Assembly (NCBI GenBank): GCA_965205015.1
Contig: OZ242029.1
Span: 3,936,001-4,000,000 of the forward strand
Direction: 5' to 3'
DNA length: 64,000 bases
Source of the DNA: Candidatus Poribacteria bacterium
Lineage (GTDB): Bacteria; Poribacteria; WGA-4E; WGA-3G
The position numbers and the translations under genes are program-made. Positions within the stretch are counted from its first letter, which is position 1. Each line of letters opens with the position of its first letter. Under the pieces are notes generated by a model. The model saw only the letters and a program-made list of their open reading frames with translations. It ran no database searches and was not told where the DNA came from. Below, in pieces: positions 8,303-18,517 of the stretch.

Positions 8303-11266
8303 TTAATATCCATCAAGGGGTGGGCAGGCGCACATCAGATTCCTATCTCCGTAAACCTCATTGATACGGGCGACTGCGGGCCAAAACTTCGCCTCGCGGA
8401 CCCACGGTTGCGGAAACGCGGCGCTTTCACGGGTATAGGAATGCTTCCACTCGGATTGTGTAACCATTTCTACGGTGTGGGGCGCGTTTTTCAGCACATT
8501 GTCTACCGGGTCCGCGACACCCGCCTCAATTTCCGCTATCTCCTCACGTATTGAGATGAGCGCATCACAGAACCGTTCTAATTCCGCTCTCGATTCGCTT
8601 TCTGTCGGTTCAATCATCATCGTTCCGAGTACGGGCCAAGAAACCGTCGGTGCGTGGAACCCATAATCCATCAATCGCTTTGCGACATCCGTCACATCTA
8701 TATCGGCACTCTTCTTGAAGGCACGCAAATCAATGATGCATTCGTGAGCAACTAAGCCGTTTTTCCCAGTATAAAGGACGGGATAATGCGGTGCAAGCCG
8801 TTTGGCAATATAATTGGCGTTCAAAATTGCAACTTCTGTCGCTGCTGTAAGTCCTTGCGTTCCCATCATCGCGATATATGCCCAAGAGATCGGCAGAATT
8901 CCCGGACTTCCCCACGGGGCAGCAGACACGGCACCAATTCCTGCAGTACCCCCGACACGGACCAGCGGATGCCTGGGCAAGAAATCTCTGAGATGTGCCT
9001 TGACGCCAATGGGTCCCATTCCGGGTCCACCCCCACCGTGTGGGATACAGAAAGTTTTGTGGAGGTTCAAATGGCAGACATCCGCTCCAATATCTGCGGG
9101 TTGTCCGATGCCAACAAGGGCATTCAGATTCGCGCCGTCCATGTAGACCTGTCCACCGAATTGATGGACAATATCGCAAATTTCTCGAATTTTCTCCTCA
9201 AAGACCCCGTGTGTTGAGGGATACGTAATCATAGCGGCTGCGAGGTTGTCACGATGCTCGTCAGCTTTTAATTGGAGATCCTCGAGATCAATATTCCCAT
9301 CCGTGTCGCACGCGACGACGACGACTTGCATGCCTGCCATCACAGCACTCGCAGGATTCGTGCCGTGCGCAGATGTCGGTATGAGGCAGACGTTACGATG
9401 CGATTCACCGCGGCTCTGGTGGTATTTTCGTATGACTAACAGTCCTGCATATTCGCCCTGCGAACCGGCATTCGGTTGCAATGAGATACCGCTATAACCG
9501 GTTATCTCAGCCAACCACCTTTCCAATTGTGAAAATAGGGTCTGATACCCTTCTGCTTGCTCTCGTGGCGCGAACGGATGCAGTCCGCTAAATTCGTTCC
9601 ATGTTACCGGCACCATCTCCGTTGTAGCATTGAGTTTCATTGTACAAGAACCGAGCGGTATCATGGCGTTCACAAGGGAAAGATCTTTGGTTTGAAGTTT
9701 GTGGATATAGCGAAGCATCTCGGTTTCAGAATGGTAACTATTGAACACAGGGTGTGTTAGATAGGAGCTCGTGCGTTGCAAATCTATTGGAAGGGCAGGC
9801 ACGAGACCTGCCTCTATTGGAAGGGCAGGCACGAGACCTGCCTCTATTGGAAGGGCAGGCACGAGACCTGCCCCTACGGGTACGGTCTCCAAACTTGTCT
9901 GTGTACCAAATATATGGAGGATTTCTTCAACATCAACAAGGGTTGTTGTTTCGTCTAAAGAGATACCGATATGCGATGAATCAATTGCCCGAAAATTGAT
10001 TTGTTTTGCCCGGGCAGCGTCGTGCAACGCCTCCACCGTTCCCAACGGAACATCAACAGAGAGAGTATCAAAACAGGGTGATTTCCCTGTTGTGAATCCA
10101 AGTTTTTCAAGTCCTGCTCGTAATGTGCAAGTGAGAGAGTAGACGCGTTCAGCGATGTGCTTAAGTCCTGTGGGTCCATGATAAACGGCATACATACCCG
10201 CCATCACGGCGAGGAGTACCTGTGCGGTGCATATATTGCTCGTCGCTTTTTCGCGTCGGATGTGCTGTTCCCGCGTTTGGAGTGCCAAACGGATCGCGGG
10301 TTTGCCGGTTGCATCTTGGGAAACCCCTGCAATCCTGCCGGGTATCTGTCGTTTGAGTTGCTCACGGGTGGCGAGGAAGGCAGCGTGCGGACCACCATAA
10401 CCGAGTGGGACCCCGAACCGCTGTGCGCTACCGATAGCGATGTCTGCTCCAAACTCGCCAGGTGGACGTAAAAGCGTCAGTGCCAACAGATCTGTGGCAG
10501 TTACGAATAAGCCGCCAGCGGCATGCACACGTTCCCCAAATTCGCTGTAATCGTAAATAGTGCCATCAGTTGCCGGATATTGGGCGATAGCACCGAGGAG
10601 GGGCGCGTCAAAGTCCGTTTTTCTATGGTCTCCGACAGTCAATTGAATACCGAGCGGTTCAGCGCGCGTCTGTAAAACTGCGATTGTTTGTGGGTGGCAG
10701 GTCTCAGAAACGAAGAAATCGCGGGGACCTGTTTTCTGTTTGGTGAGGGCAAGGCACATCCCCATCGCTTCAGCGGCGGCTGTTGCTTCATCCAAGAGCG
10801 AGGCATTTGCGACAGGTAAACCGGTTAAATCGATCACCATTGTTTGGAAGTTGAGCAATGCTTCCAAACGTCCCTGTGAAATCTCGGCTTGGTAGGGTGT
10901 GTATTGGGTGTACCACCCTGGGTTTTCCAGAATGTTTCGTTGGATGACTGGGGGGACAAAGCAATTATAATATCCCATGCCAATAAAGGAACGGAAGACC
11001 TGGTTTTGGGAAGCGAGTTTCTTTAGCGCGGCGAGCACTTCCGACTCTGACTTTGCAATATGGGCTTGCAAGCTACGCCCTAGGTCAGATGCATCTTCAT
11101 TTAAACTGAAAGCGGAGAATACCCGAATGTCCGCTGGCACAACATCTTCAATGAAATCAGCCATTGAAGCGTAGCCGAGCGTTGACAACATCAATTCAAT
11201 ATCTTCTGAACGAGGACCGATGTGTCGATCTGCGAAGGATCTTCCGTTTTTCTGTTTTTTAGGCAT
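8303..11266 (-). CDS. gcvP: Glycine dehydrogenase (decarboxylating), single-chain P protein
   Basis: [39 protein letters not shown] (PLP lysine); start set at MPKKQ, overlapping the gcvH stop. Confidence 0.98.
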   Translation of the reverse strand: MPKKQKNGRSFADRHIGPRSEDIELMLSTLGYASMADFIEDVVPADIRVFSAFSLNEDASDLGRSLQAHIAKSESEVLAALKKLASQNQVFRSFIGMGYYNCFVPPVIQRNILENPGWYTQYTPYQAEISQGRLEALLNFQTMVIDLTGLPVANASLLDEATAAAEAMGMCLALTKQKTGPRDFFVSETCHPQTIAVLQTRAEPLGIQLTVGDHRKTDFDAPLLGAIAQYPATDGTIYDYSEFGERVHAAGGLFVTATDLLALTLLRPPGEFGADIAIGSAQRFGVPLGYGGPHAAFLATREQLKRQIPGRIAGVSQDATGKPAIRLALQTREQHIRREKATSNICTAQVLLAVMAGMYAVYHGPTGLKHIAERVYSLTCTLRAGLEKLGFTTGKSPCFDTLSVDVPLGTVEALHDAARAKQINFRAIDSSHIGISLDETTTLVDVEEILHIFGTQTSLETVPVGAGLVPALPIEAGLVPALPIEAGLVPALPIDLQRTSSYLTHPVFNSYHSETEMLRYIHKLQTKDLSLVNAMIPLGSCTMKLNATTEMVPVTWNEFSGLHPFAPREQAEGYQTLFSQLERWLAEITGYSGISLQPNAGSQGEYAGLLVIRKYHQSRGESHRNVCLIPTSAHGTNPASAVMAGMQVVVVACDTDGNIDLEDLQLKADEHRDNLAAAMITYPSTHGVFEEKIREICDIVHQFGGQVYMDGANLNALVGIGQPADIGADVCHLNLHKTFCIPHGGGGPGMGPIGVKAHLRDFLPRHPLVRVGGTAGIGAVSAAPWGSPGILPISWAYIAMMGTQGLTAATEVAILNANYIAKRLAPHYPVLYTGKNGLVAHECIIDLRAFKKSADIDVTDVAKRLMDYGFHAPTVSWPVLGTMMIEPTESESRAELERFCDALISIREEIAEIEAGVADPVDNVLKNAPHTVEMVTQSEWKHSYTRESAAFPQPWVREAKFWPAVARINEVYGDRNLMCACPPLDGY
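9783..9877 (-). repeat. 30-bp tandem repeat x3 within gcvP, derived from a GTAG REP palindrome
   Basis: Unit ctattggaagggcaggcacgagacctgcct; first copy on the minus strand is GTAGGGGCAGGTCTCGTGCCTGCCCT; encodes (G/E)AGLVPALPI x3. Confidence 0.9.
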
Positions 11267-11645
11267 GTTCCGCCTCAATATGTGCCTGATAACTATCGGC
11301 ATCAAGAAGCACGTCAAGCTCGCTGGCGTCAGTCATCCTGATTTTGAGAAACCATCCCTCATCATAAGGAGATTCATTGACCTGTTCTGGGGCATCAAGG
11401 AGGGATTCGTTTACCTCAATGACTTCTCCACTGACAGGGGCATAGAGATCAAATGCGGCTTTGACAGATTCTATCACGCCAAATTCCGTTTTCTGTGTGA
11501 GTTCAGTACCAACTTCGGGCAGTTCAACATAGACGATATCCTGAATCTCGGATTGCGCATAATCGCTGATACCGATAGTAACAATGTCGCCTTCTTGCTT
11601 TGCCCATTCATGGCTTTCCATGTATTTTAAGTTTTCTGGAATCAT
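11259..11645 (-). CDS. gcvH: Glycine cleavage system H protein
   Basis: SHEW, GISDYAQ, ESVKAA (lipoyl lysine), NESPYDEGW. Confidence 0.98.
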   Translation of the reverse strand: MIPENLKYMESHEWAKQEGDIVTIGISDYAQSEIQDIVYVELPEVGTELTQKTEFGVIESVKAAFDLYAPVSGEVIEVNESLLDAPEQVNESPYDEGWFLKIRMTDASELDVLLDADSYQAHIEAEHA

Positions 11646-11752
11646 TTTCCGTTGCTCTTTGCGTTGTGTTTGTAATTTGACTGCTTGTTTGACTGTCGCC
11701 TCTTTCGTATTGTAAACCTTTTGGGTTTACCCTATCTCTCTAAAATCTACCG

Positions 11753-12850
11753 TTAGCTCTTTACAAAAGGTACCTCCACAATTTTCGCGGGGTGCAGCTT
11801 CCCTCGAATTTCTACATCAATTTTTTCATTTGTGTTACGGCACGACGGAGCGTGCCGACTACTTTCAATAGAAGCGAAACCGATATTGCTTTTAAGACTC
11901 GGTGAAGGTGCGCCGCTTGTTACAGTGCCTATGCGTTCACCGTCTTGATAAACAGCATAACCCGTGCGTGCTACAGCACGGTTCAGCATCTGAAATCCAA
12001 TCATCTGTTTCGTGATGCCCTTCTTTTTCTCAGCAAGGAGGACACTTTTGCCGATAAATTGCCGATTCTTAAATCTGACGAACCGCCCCAGTCCAACTTC
12101 AAACGGATTCGTTTCGTCGTTCATGTCCATTCCGTAGAGGCGGAGTCCGGCTTCGAGACGTAACGTATCGCGCGCACCAAGTCCCACGGGTTGCCCTCCT
12201 ACTGCTATGACCGCAGGATACAGAGCAGCCCACAAACGCTCGGCGTCTGTCGCAGGAACATATAACTCAAAGCCAGTTTCCCCCGTATACCCCGTACGTG
12301 AAATAACGGTGGGGACACCAGCAACTTCACCGACCGTAAATCGGAAATACGGAATCTCGGAAACATCTCGTTCAGGAACGAAAGGATTCAGAAGGTCTAT
12401 TGCCTTTGGACCCTGCAGGGCAATGAGGGCTGTGTCCTCAGATATGTCTTTTACTTCTGCGCCTGTATCGTTACAGGTTTTCACCCACGCCAGATCCTTT
12501 TCTATATTGGAGGCGTTAACCACCAGGATATAATGATCATCAGCATGTCGGTAGATGAGGAGGTCGTCAACGATTCCGCCCGTTTCGTTGCAGAATAGGG
12601 TATATAACACACGTCCATCGCTTAAACGACTTACATCGTTCGTGCTGAGCTTCTGCACCAATTCGTTCGCCCCCTGCCCAGAGACTTCAATTTCTCCCAT
12701 ATGTGAGAGGTCAAACAGACCAGCGATGCTCCGGACAGCCAAGTGTTCCGTAACGATGCTGCTATACTGAAGGGGCATCTCCCAACCGCCAAATTCGGTA
12801 AATTTCGCATTGAGGTTTTTGTGGACCTTATAAAGGGGCGTTCGCTTCAT
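11753..12850 (-). CDS. gcvT: Aminomethyltransferase (glycine cleavage T protein)
   Basis: RTPLY, FGGWEMP, FDLSHMGE, RTGYTGE.GFE, GLGARDTLRLEAG. Confidence 0.98.
   Translation of the reverse strand: MKRTPLYKVHKNLNAKFTEFGGWEMPLQYSSIVTEHLAVRSIAGLFDLSHMGEIEVSGQGANELVQKLSTNDVSRLSDGRVLYTLFCNETGGIVDDLLIYRHADDHYILVVNASNIEKDLAWVKTCNDTGAEVKDISEDTALIALQGPKAIDLLNPFVPERDVSEIPYFRFTVGEVAGVPTVISRTGYTGETGFELYVPATDAERLWAALYPAVIAVGGQPVGLGARDTLRLEAGLRLYGMDMNDETNPFEVGLGRFVRFKNRQFIGKSVLLAEKKKGITKQMIGFQMLNRAVARTGYAVYQDGERIGTVTSGAPSPSLKSNIGFASIESSRHAPSCRNTNEKIDVEIRGKLHPAKIVEVPFVKS
11835..11862 (-). repeat. GTAG-type REP palindrome in frame inside gcvT
   Basis: GTAGTCGGCACGCTCCGTCGTGCCGTAA, encoding SSRHAPSCRN. Confidence 0.8.
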
Positions 12851-12852
12851 TT

Positions 12853-13605
12853 TTAAAGTCCGTAGATACGAGCGAGATTTCCACCGAAAATCTGTGCTTC
12901 AGCATCATCGTCGAGTTCCAAACGCTTAAGGGCATTGATAACCTGAATGGGACGATACTCAGGTAAATTAGAACCGAAGACTATCTGTTCAGGTCCCAGT
13001 GCATCCACAGCGGTTTTTACTTCCGTTGGGACAACGGCATCTGGATCCGTTCCCCAACGTCGATGAAAGCGTAAGATCGTCGTCCCCAACGAGATATTTT
13101 TGTTGGCTTTTGCGACAGAGATAGCCGAATCTAAATCATCTGGAAATCCCATGTGATCCATGATAACCGGCGTTTCTGGTACCCAACTTGCGACGGTGCC
13201 AATCCTGTTGGGATGGCAATTGTTGGGTCCGGAATGAATTGAAACGATAAGACCGTAATCGCGAGCGGCTTCAACGACGGGACGTACAATTTCATCATCC
13301 ACATTGTAATTGTGAACTGCGGGCATCAGTTTGATCCCGCGCATTCCCCAGGCCTCGGCTGCTAATTTAACCTGCTCAACGGGTTCTGGTTCCGTTGGAT
13401 GCACAAGCGCACAGCCAAGTGCGCGCGAATTGCCGCGAATTGCCTCGGCAAGCTCACTATTTTGGGGGAGCGGCTGGGTATTCGGCATAATAACCGCGAC
13501 ATCCATGTCGGCTTCATCCTCTAATGCCAATAACGATGCTAAATCAAGGTTTCCATTTTCATCACGAAATGAATCATTAAGATAGGCTTCAAAATCGCCT
13601 CGCAT
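12853..13605 (-). CDS. Amidohydrolase family (Amidohydro_2) protein
   Basis: GIKLMP, SIHSG, IMDHMG, VFGSNLP, IFGGNLARIY. Confidence 0.85.
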   Translation of the reverse strand: MRGDFEAYLNDSFRDENGNLDLASLLALEDEADMDVAVIMPNTQPLPQNSELAEAIRGNSRALGCALVHPTEPEPVEQVKLAAEAWGMRGIKLMPAVHNYNVDDEIVRPVVEAARDYGLIVSIHSGPNNCHPNRIGTVASWVPETPVIMDHMGFPDDLDSAISVAKANKNISLGTTILRFHRRWGTDPDAVVPTEVKTAVDALGPEQIVFGSNLPEYRPIQVINALKRLELDDDAEAQIFGGNLARIYGL

Positions 13606-13620
13606 GAGAAACTCCTATTT

Positions 13621-14709
13621 TTAATTTGCCTTTGACGCGACAAGTTCGTTCACAAGGATCGGTCCAGTTGAGCCAACTTCAAGAGGCAGTGCTGCTTCCA
13701 TCACGGAATCTCGGTACAGGGTATAGGCGGATTTCGCCGCAGCAGGATCCGGAAACCGGATGATAAAAACGATCTGTGCCTCCATCCAATTTTTTAAATC
13801 CGGGTTATCCCGATAGCGAGCAGATACTCCGATTGTTGTATCACTCAGTTCTGGCACATTGGTGGGTAACGTGCTGTAAATCTGACGCAATGTCCAATTC
13901 GATCGAAACACCTTGACACTTCCACTCATCTTATTGCTTGGGAGTAAAGTAAGTATCCAGGGTTCTGAAGTCGGTTCTTTAATCCGTGCGGCGATATTTT
14001 TTGCGAGCAGCACCATTGCTTCACGGATACCGGTCGCGAATTCGTAGCCTTCAATCTGAATAAAATATTTACCCTTTGAAAATCGGAGATACCCACCCGA
14101 AAGGGTCGCCTTGCTGCCCACCCATTCAAATTTTACTTCCGGATAGATGTGAAAGTTATAAATCCCAAATGCATTTTCAGGGGTGCCCATATCGAAAATC
14201 TCGAGCAAAATCAAGGGCTTTGAACCGAATCGAGGTGTCTGATATTCCACTTCCGCCTGTCGTTGGAACCCGTAAGCGTAGAACAGATCCGGTGCCTCGG
14301 GTCTGTCCCGATAGAGGGTTTTGCCCTCGTAGGTTGATGGTGCCCGGGACTGTACCCAATCCAATATTTCACCATCACTCGGTAAGAGAAGCGCAGGCGA
14401 AATATTTGTTTCTCCAACGTCTTTCGTCGTTAATGCCGCTGTTGATAGTGCCGACGCGCCCTTAATTTTCTCAAAGACCTCCTGCATCACCTGTTCTGTT
14501 CTCTTCAGGGTCGGGCTATGCCAAACCCCGTAGATATACGTGTCCTCCTGTTGAACACCTGTCCAATTTCCCCGTTCTTCACCGCATGAAATTAGCATCA
14601 AGCTACAGAAAAAGGTCATGCAGAATGAGAAGCAGTAAAGTCTTTGAAAAGGATGTCCTGTCTTATGTTTCATCCCGGCGAAGGCTCCCGCACTGTGTGC
14701 TGCTACCAC
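13621..14709 (-). CDS. Putative lipoprotein (DUF6599-like); start uncertain
   Basis: Lipobox-like LISC; EIFDMGTPENAFGIY and F.KGKYF motifs. Confidence 0.6.
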   Translation of the reverse strand: MVAAHSAGAFAGMKHKTGHPFQRLYCFSFCMTFFCSLMLISCGEERGNWTGVQQEDTYIYGVWHSPTLKRTEQVMQEVFEKIKGASALSTAALTTKDVGETNISPALLLPSDGEILDWVQSRAPSTYEGKTLYRDRPEAPDLFYAYGFQRQAEVEYQTPRFGSKPLILLEIFDMGTPENAFGIYNFHIYPEVKFEWVGSKATLSGGYLRFSKGKYFIQIEGYEFATGIREAMVLLAKNIAARIKEPTSEPWILTLLPSNKMSGSVKVFRSNWTLRQIYSTLPTNVPELSDTTIGVSARYRDNPDLKNWMEAQIVFIIRFPDPAAAKSAYTLYRDSVMEAALPLEVGSTGPILVNELVASKAN

Positions 14710-15218
14710 TGTTCAGCAAGTTGGTTATAAAGGTCTTCGATTAACTCTTCTACAAGAAGACTTCGGGCTTGTTCAGGGCTTTCCATCGGTTCAGCCCGAT
14801 TAGGGACGATATAGAAATCGTGAACTTGGAGGTAGTTATCACTTTCCTCAATAATTCGGTTTTGGATTTTATCTATAAATTGGTACTCTATCTGAAGGGT
14901 CAGCCGCACGAGTTCAACCTCACCATTAGGTCCGAATCCGTGCTCTTTTACATTGTAATCCTGTATCGTCATCATAAATTCGGCATCGTTTCCGTCTCGC
15001 CATTTACGATTGAAACGTTGGGTGAGTTTCTCATGGATGACTTCATCATTGGGACGCTGGGAGGCGTTATCATAAGCAAAATCTGCATCCAGGATTTCAA
15101 CTGGGGCGATACGAATAGTCGAGATATGCTCCAGATACTCTGATTTGGAAACATAACCGCATCCAGAGATCACAATTAGCCAAATCTGTAGCAGTAAGAT
15201 AGACAATATTTTAGACAT
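14703..15218 (-). CDS. LptE-like lipoprotein
   Basis: ISGCGY lipobox, C-terminal LAEQW; GGGAG SD before MSKIL. Confidence 0.6.
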   Translation of the reverse strand: MSKILSILLLQIWLIVISGCGYVSKSEYLEHISTIRIAPVEILDADFAYDNASQRPNDEVIHEKLTQRFNRKWRDGNDAEFMMTIQDYNVKEHGFGPNGEVELVRLTLQIEYQFIDKIQNRIIEESDNYLQVHDFYIVPNRAEPMESPEQARSLLVEELIEDLYNQLAEQW

Positions 15219-15310
15219 TTTTCTCTCCCGAGTTGTGTCGAAAAAAGGGACCGACTGATGTTCCACAGTTAGTTTCGCACCTCCGAAGGGTCCCCGTTTT
15301 CTCTATTCCT

Positions 15311-15571
15311 TTAAAATATCAGACCCTGCGTTAGGACAGGTCGCTGAAATTTTACGGGTGCGGCTTTCGGTCGTGGTGCTGTCTGTTTTCCACCATAAAA
15401 CACAGATTTAACGGTATCAACCACATACCGTTTATAGGTAGGCGACAATAAAACAACAAAGACGAGAACAAGGAGTATGAGAACAATGGCTAAAAAATAG
15501 GTAAGCCATTTCTGATCGAGCAAATCTCCTTTATCAAAGGCGTGTTTAGCTAAATTACGTCGTGATTTCAT
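15311..15571 (-). CDS. Small single-pass membrane protein
   Basis: One hydrophobic helix; GAGG SD; promoter upstream. Confidence 0.6.
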   Translation of the reverse strand: MKSRRNLAKHAFDKGDLLDQKWLTYFLAIVLILLVLVFVVLLSPTYKRYVVDTVKSVFYGGKQTAPRPKAAPVKFQRPVLTQGLIF

Positions 15572-15663
15572 CGGTGTGCCTCATTTCAGTAGTGTGTTTT
15601 ACTTCGTCTATATGGGCGATTGTATCATGCTTGCCAAAGACCGGGCTCCTTTGTAATGTTGAT

Positions 15664-15692
15664 ATTATAGCATAAGTGCAGGGAACATGCAA
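15664..15692 (-). promoter_or_regulatory. Sigma-70 promoter
   Basis: TTGCAT-17-TATAAT with extended -10 TG. Confidence 0.7.
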
Positions 15693-15698
15693 AATATT

Positions 15699-15815
15699 TA
15701 TAGTAAAGTTTAGAATTAATTAGACACTTTAAAGAGGCGAGGATACAATCCTCGCCAGCGGCGGAGAGGATTGTTTCGCTAAGCAACTGTCTACATATTT
15801 TTCGACTTTACTATA
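15699..15815. mobile_element. MITE with ~28-bp imperfect terminal inverted repeats starting TATAGTAAAGT
   Basis: TATAGTAAAGTTTAGAATTAATTAGACA versus reverse complement of the right end TATAGTAAAGTCGAAAAATATGTAGACA; internal palindrome GGCGAGGATACAATCCTCGCC. Confidence 0.75.
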
Positions 15816-15872
15816 ATTCCCTTTGACGACGCGTTCAATTACCGAAAGTCAATAATGTTGGGGGTTGAATAT

Positions 15873-15905
15873 AGAAATAGGGTAAAGGAACCCTCCTTCA
15901 CCCTA
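15873..15905 (-). terminator. Probable intrinsic terminator after pnp
   Basis: TAGGGTGAAGGA-GGGT-TCCTTTACCCTA followed by TTTCT. Confidence 0.6.
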
Positions 15906-15946
15906 CATCATATTCTATGTGACTGGTTGTTACAACGCGTTCCGTA

Positions 15947-18274
15947 CTACCGGGAACGTCCTTTGGGAATGCGGGGTGAGCGTTGATTCCGGAAGTCGCG
16001 AGAGTTATCTCGTTGGTCATAGCGATTCCCGCGTCGTTCACGATTGTCATTAGAACGCCTATCACGGTAGTCACGATTATCACGATTATCACGGTAGTTA
16101 GAGCGACCGGAGTCTCGGGATTCTCTGGGAGCATTCCAATCGGATGAGAACTCGCGATCCTCATTTGATTCGATATTCAGTTCTTCAACAGGCACGCCGC
16201 CTGCGGCAACAAGGGTCAGATCTACGCGATCCTGTTCGTCAATCGTGAGAATTCGGACGGTAACCTCGTCCCCAACCTGCATAACATCCTCTGCGCGACG
16301 GACATACCCGTCTCCCATCTGTGAAATATGAACGAGCCCATCCTTACCTGGCAGGATTTCAACAAATGCGCCAAATGGGGCTGTTCGGACCACCTTACCG
16401 GTGTATTCCTTGCCAATCTCAGGCATAGCGGTGATTGCTCGAATTTTCTCTTCTGCATGTCTGACATCCTCTGCGCTTGTCGCGGCAATTTCGACGGTCC
16501 CATCATCTTCGATATTGATGGTCGTGTTTGTTTCTTCTTGGATGCCCTGCACAGTTTTACCACGCGGACCGATGAGGTCTTTGATCTTCTGCTGCGCAAT
16601 TTGGAGGGAATAAATTCGAGGTGCGTAAGGGGACAATTCCTCACGCGGCTCGGCGATGACAGCGTTCATCTGTTCAATGACTGAAAGGCGGGCATCTTTC
16701 GCCTGATGAATTGCCCGACGCATCAATTCAGGCGGGACACCGTCAATCTTGATGTCCATCTGTATAGCGGTAACGCCTTCACTGGTTCCGGCGACTTTGA
16801 AGTCCATATCGCCGAGGAAGTCTTCAGTTCCGAGCATATCGGTAAGGATGGCTTCCTGTTCACCTTCTTTGATAAGGCCGACACCGATCCCCGCGACGGG
16901 TCTTTTAAGTGGGACACCTGCATCTAACAGCGCGAGTGTTGCCCCGCAGACGGTTGCCATTGAAGATGAGGCATTAGATTCCAAAATCTCAGAGACGACT
17001 CGAATGGTATAATGAAAACCCTCTTTATCCGGAATGACGGGTTCCAATGCCTTTTGCGCGAGTGCCCCGTGTCCGATTTCACGGCGTCCGGGTCCCATCA
17101 TGCGTTTGACTTCCCCCGTACTGAATGGCGGGAAGTTGTAATGTAAAAAGAAGGAGCGTCTTGCTTCGCCATCAAGTCCGCGTTGTACATCTTCATCGCC
17201 GGAGGTACCGAGTGTTGTTACACAGAGTGCCTGTGTCTGCCCTCTGCTAAACAGAGCGGAGCCGTGGGTGTGCGGGAGTAAGGCTACCTCTCCTGAAATC
17301 GGGCGAATTTCGGTTACGCCTCGGCCATCCACACGTTTCCCTTGTGTAAGAATTGCCTCACGCATCTCTTCTTTTTCGATTTCACTTAAGATAGAGATGG
17401 TATCTTTTGCTGCATTCGGATCGACTTCCTCCGGTGTATCCTCAAGAATTTCTGAGAGCACCTCTGCCTGCACCTGTTCGAGATAATCCTCACGCAACTT
17501 CTTGTCTGCCATCCCGATGGATTCTCGAATACGAGAAGTGGCGAGATTTCGGACACGGCTACTGAGGTTAGACTCGATACTTTTAGAGGCATAGTCTCGT
17601 TTTGCGTTACTGCAGCCGGCAGCTAACCCTTCTTGAAGTTTGATGATCTCTTGTATCTGCGCGTGGGCGGTGATAATTGTGTCAATGACTTCATCTTCAG
17701 GAATCTCATGTCCACCGCCTTCGACAGACATAACGGCATCCGCTTTGCCACTGACGAACAATTCCATACTTGAGGCATGCAGTTCTTCGTAAGTGGGGTT
17801 GATGATTAACTTGTCTTCAGCTTTTCCGACAGTGACAGCGGCAACGGGTCCATTAAAGGGTATATCGGATATCGACAATGCTGCAGAAGTTCCGATAAGG
17901 GCGGGAACATCTGCGGGATGAATACCATCCGATGAAAACACGTTACATAAAACTTGTACCTCAGCCTTGAAGTCCTTTGGAAAGAGCGGACGAATGCAGT
18001 GGTCAATTAAACGAGCGACCAACTGTTCTGATGTCCCGGGACGCGGCTCGCGCCTCCCATAAACTGTTGGTATTCTTCCAGTGGCGTATGCCCTTTCCCG
18101 GTAATCTACTGTTAAAGGAAAGAAATCGAGGTCGTGTTCAGCGTCATCGGCGACCACCGTGACTAAAACAACTGTTCCACCGTATTGCACCCAAACGGCA
18201 CCATCTGCCTGTTTCGCAACTTTTCCGGTTTCAATTGATAATTTTTCGCTCCCCAGTTGCATTTCAACTTTCAT
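15947..18274 (-). CDS. pnp: Polyribonucleotide nucleotidyltransferase
   Basis: FFPLTVDY, RREIGHG, GDMDFKVAG; KH and S1 domains; R/D/N-rich tail. Confidence 0.98.
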   Translation of the reverse strand: MKVEMQLGSEKLSIETGKVAKQADGAVWVQYGGTVVLVTVVADDAEHDLDFFPLTVDYRERAYATGRIPTVYGRREPRPGTSEQLVARLIDHCIRPLFPKDFKAEVQVLCNVFSSDGIHPADVPALIGTSAALSISDIPFNGPVAAVTVGKAEDKLIINPTYEELHASSMELFVSGKADAVMSVEGGGHEIPEDEVIDTIITAHAQIQEIIKLQEGLAAGCSNAKRDYASKSIESNLSSRVRNLATSRIRESIGMADKKLREDYLEQVQAEVLSEILEDTPEEVDPNAAKDTISILSEIEKEEMREAILTQGKRVDGRGVTEIRPISGEVALLPHTHGSALFSRGQTQALCVTTLGTSGDEDVQRGLDGEARRSFFLHYNFPPFSTGEVKRMMGPGRREIGHGALAQKALEPVIPDKEGFHYTIRVVSEILESNASSSMATVCGATLALLDAGVPLKRPVAGIGVGLIKEGEQEAILTDMLGTEDFLGDMDFKVAGTSEGVTAIQMDIKIDGVPPELMRRAIHQAKDARLSVIEQMNAVIAEPREELSPYAPRIYSLQIAQQKIKDLIGPRGKTVQGIQEETNTTINIEDDGTVEIAATSAEDVRHAEEKIRAITAMPEIGKEYTGKVVRTAPFGAFVEILPGKDGLVHISQMGDGYVRRAEDVMQVGDEVTVRILTIDEQDRVDLTLVAAGGVPVEELNIESNEDREFSSDWNAPRESRDSGRSNYRDNRDNRDYRDRRSNDNRERRGNRYDQRDNSRDFRNQRSPRIPKGRSR

Positions 18275-18517
18275 TCTATATACTACTCCTGTATTTCCTA
18301 TTTATTTCGTCGTGTCACCAAGTATAGACAGTAAAAAGCGGTTATGAACAGTCATCACCGGAAGAAAGTCTCGTCGATTTGAGAATAATGTATACAGTCT
18401 TTAAACATCACACAATACCACTCGGAGGACAATTCCCACGGCGTTTATTGCAAGATAAGACTCTTCGTTTCCCGCTTAGTACCGAACGCACGAACGCACT
18501 CGGTACCCATAAAAAAT

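Noticed and set aside
9783-9877. 30-bp repeats as a CRISPR array
   Set aside because: Units are contiguous with no spacers, lie in frame in gcvP, and no cas genes are present.
11646-12860. Glycine riboswitch for gcvT/gcvH
   Set aside because: gcvT starts 2 nt after the upstream stop, and the gcvT-gcvH spacer shows no aptamer motifs.
15572-15650. Second looped-out SD (AAAGGAGCCCG) like the one before nusA
   Set aside because: A normally spaced GAGG lies just upstream of the ATG at 15571, so no special mechanism is needed.
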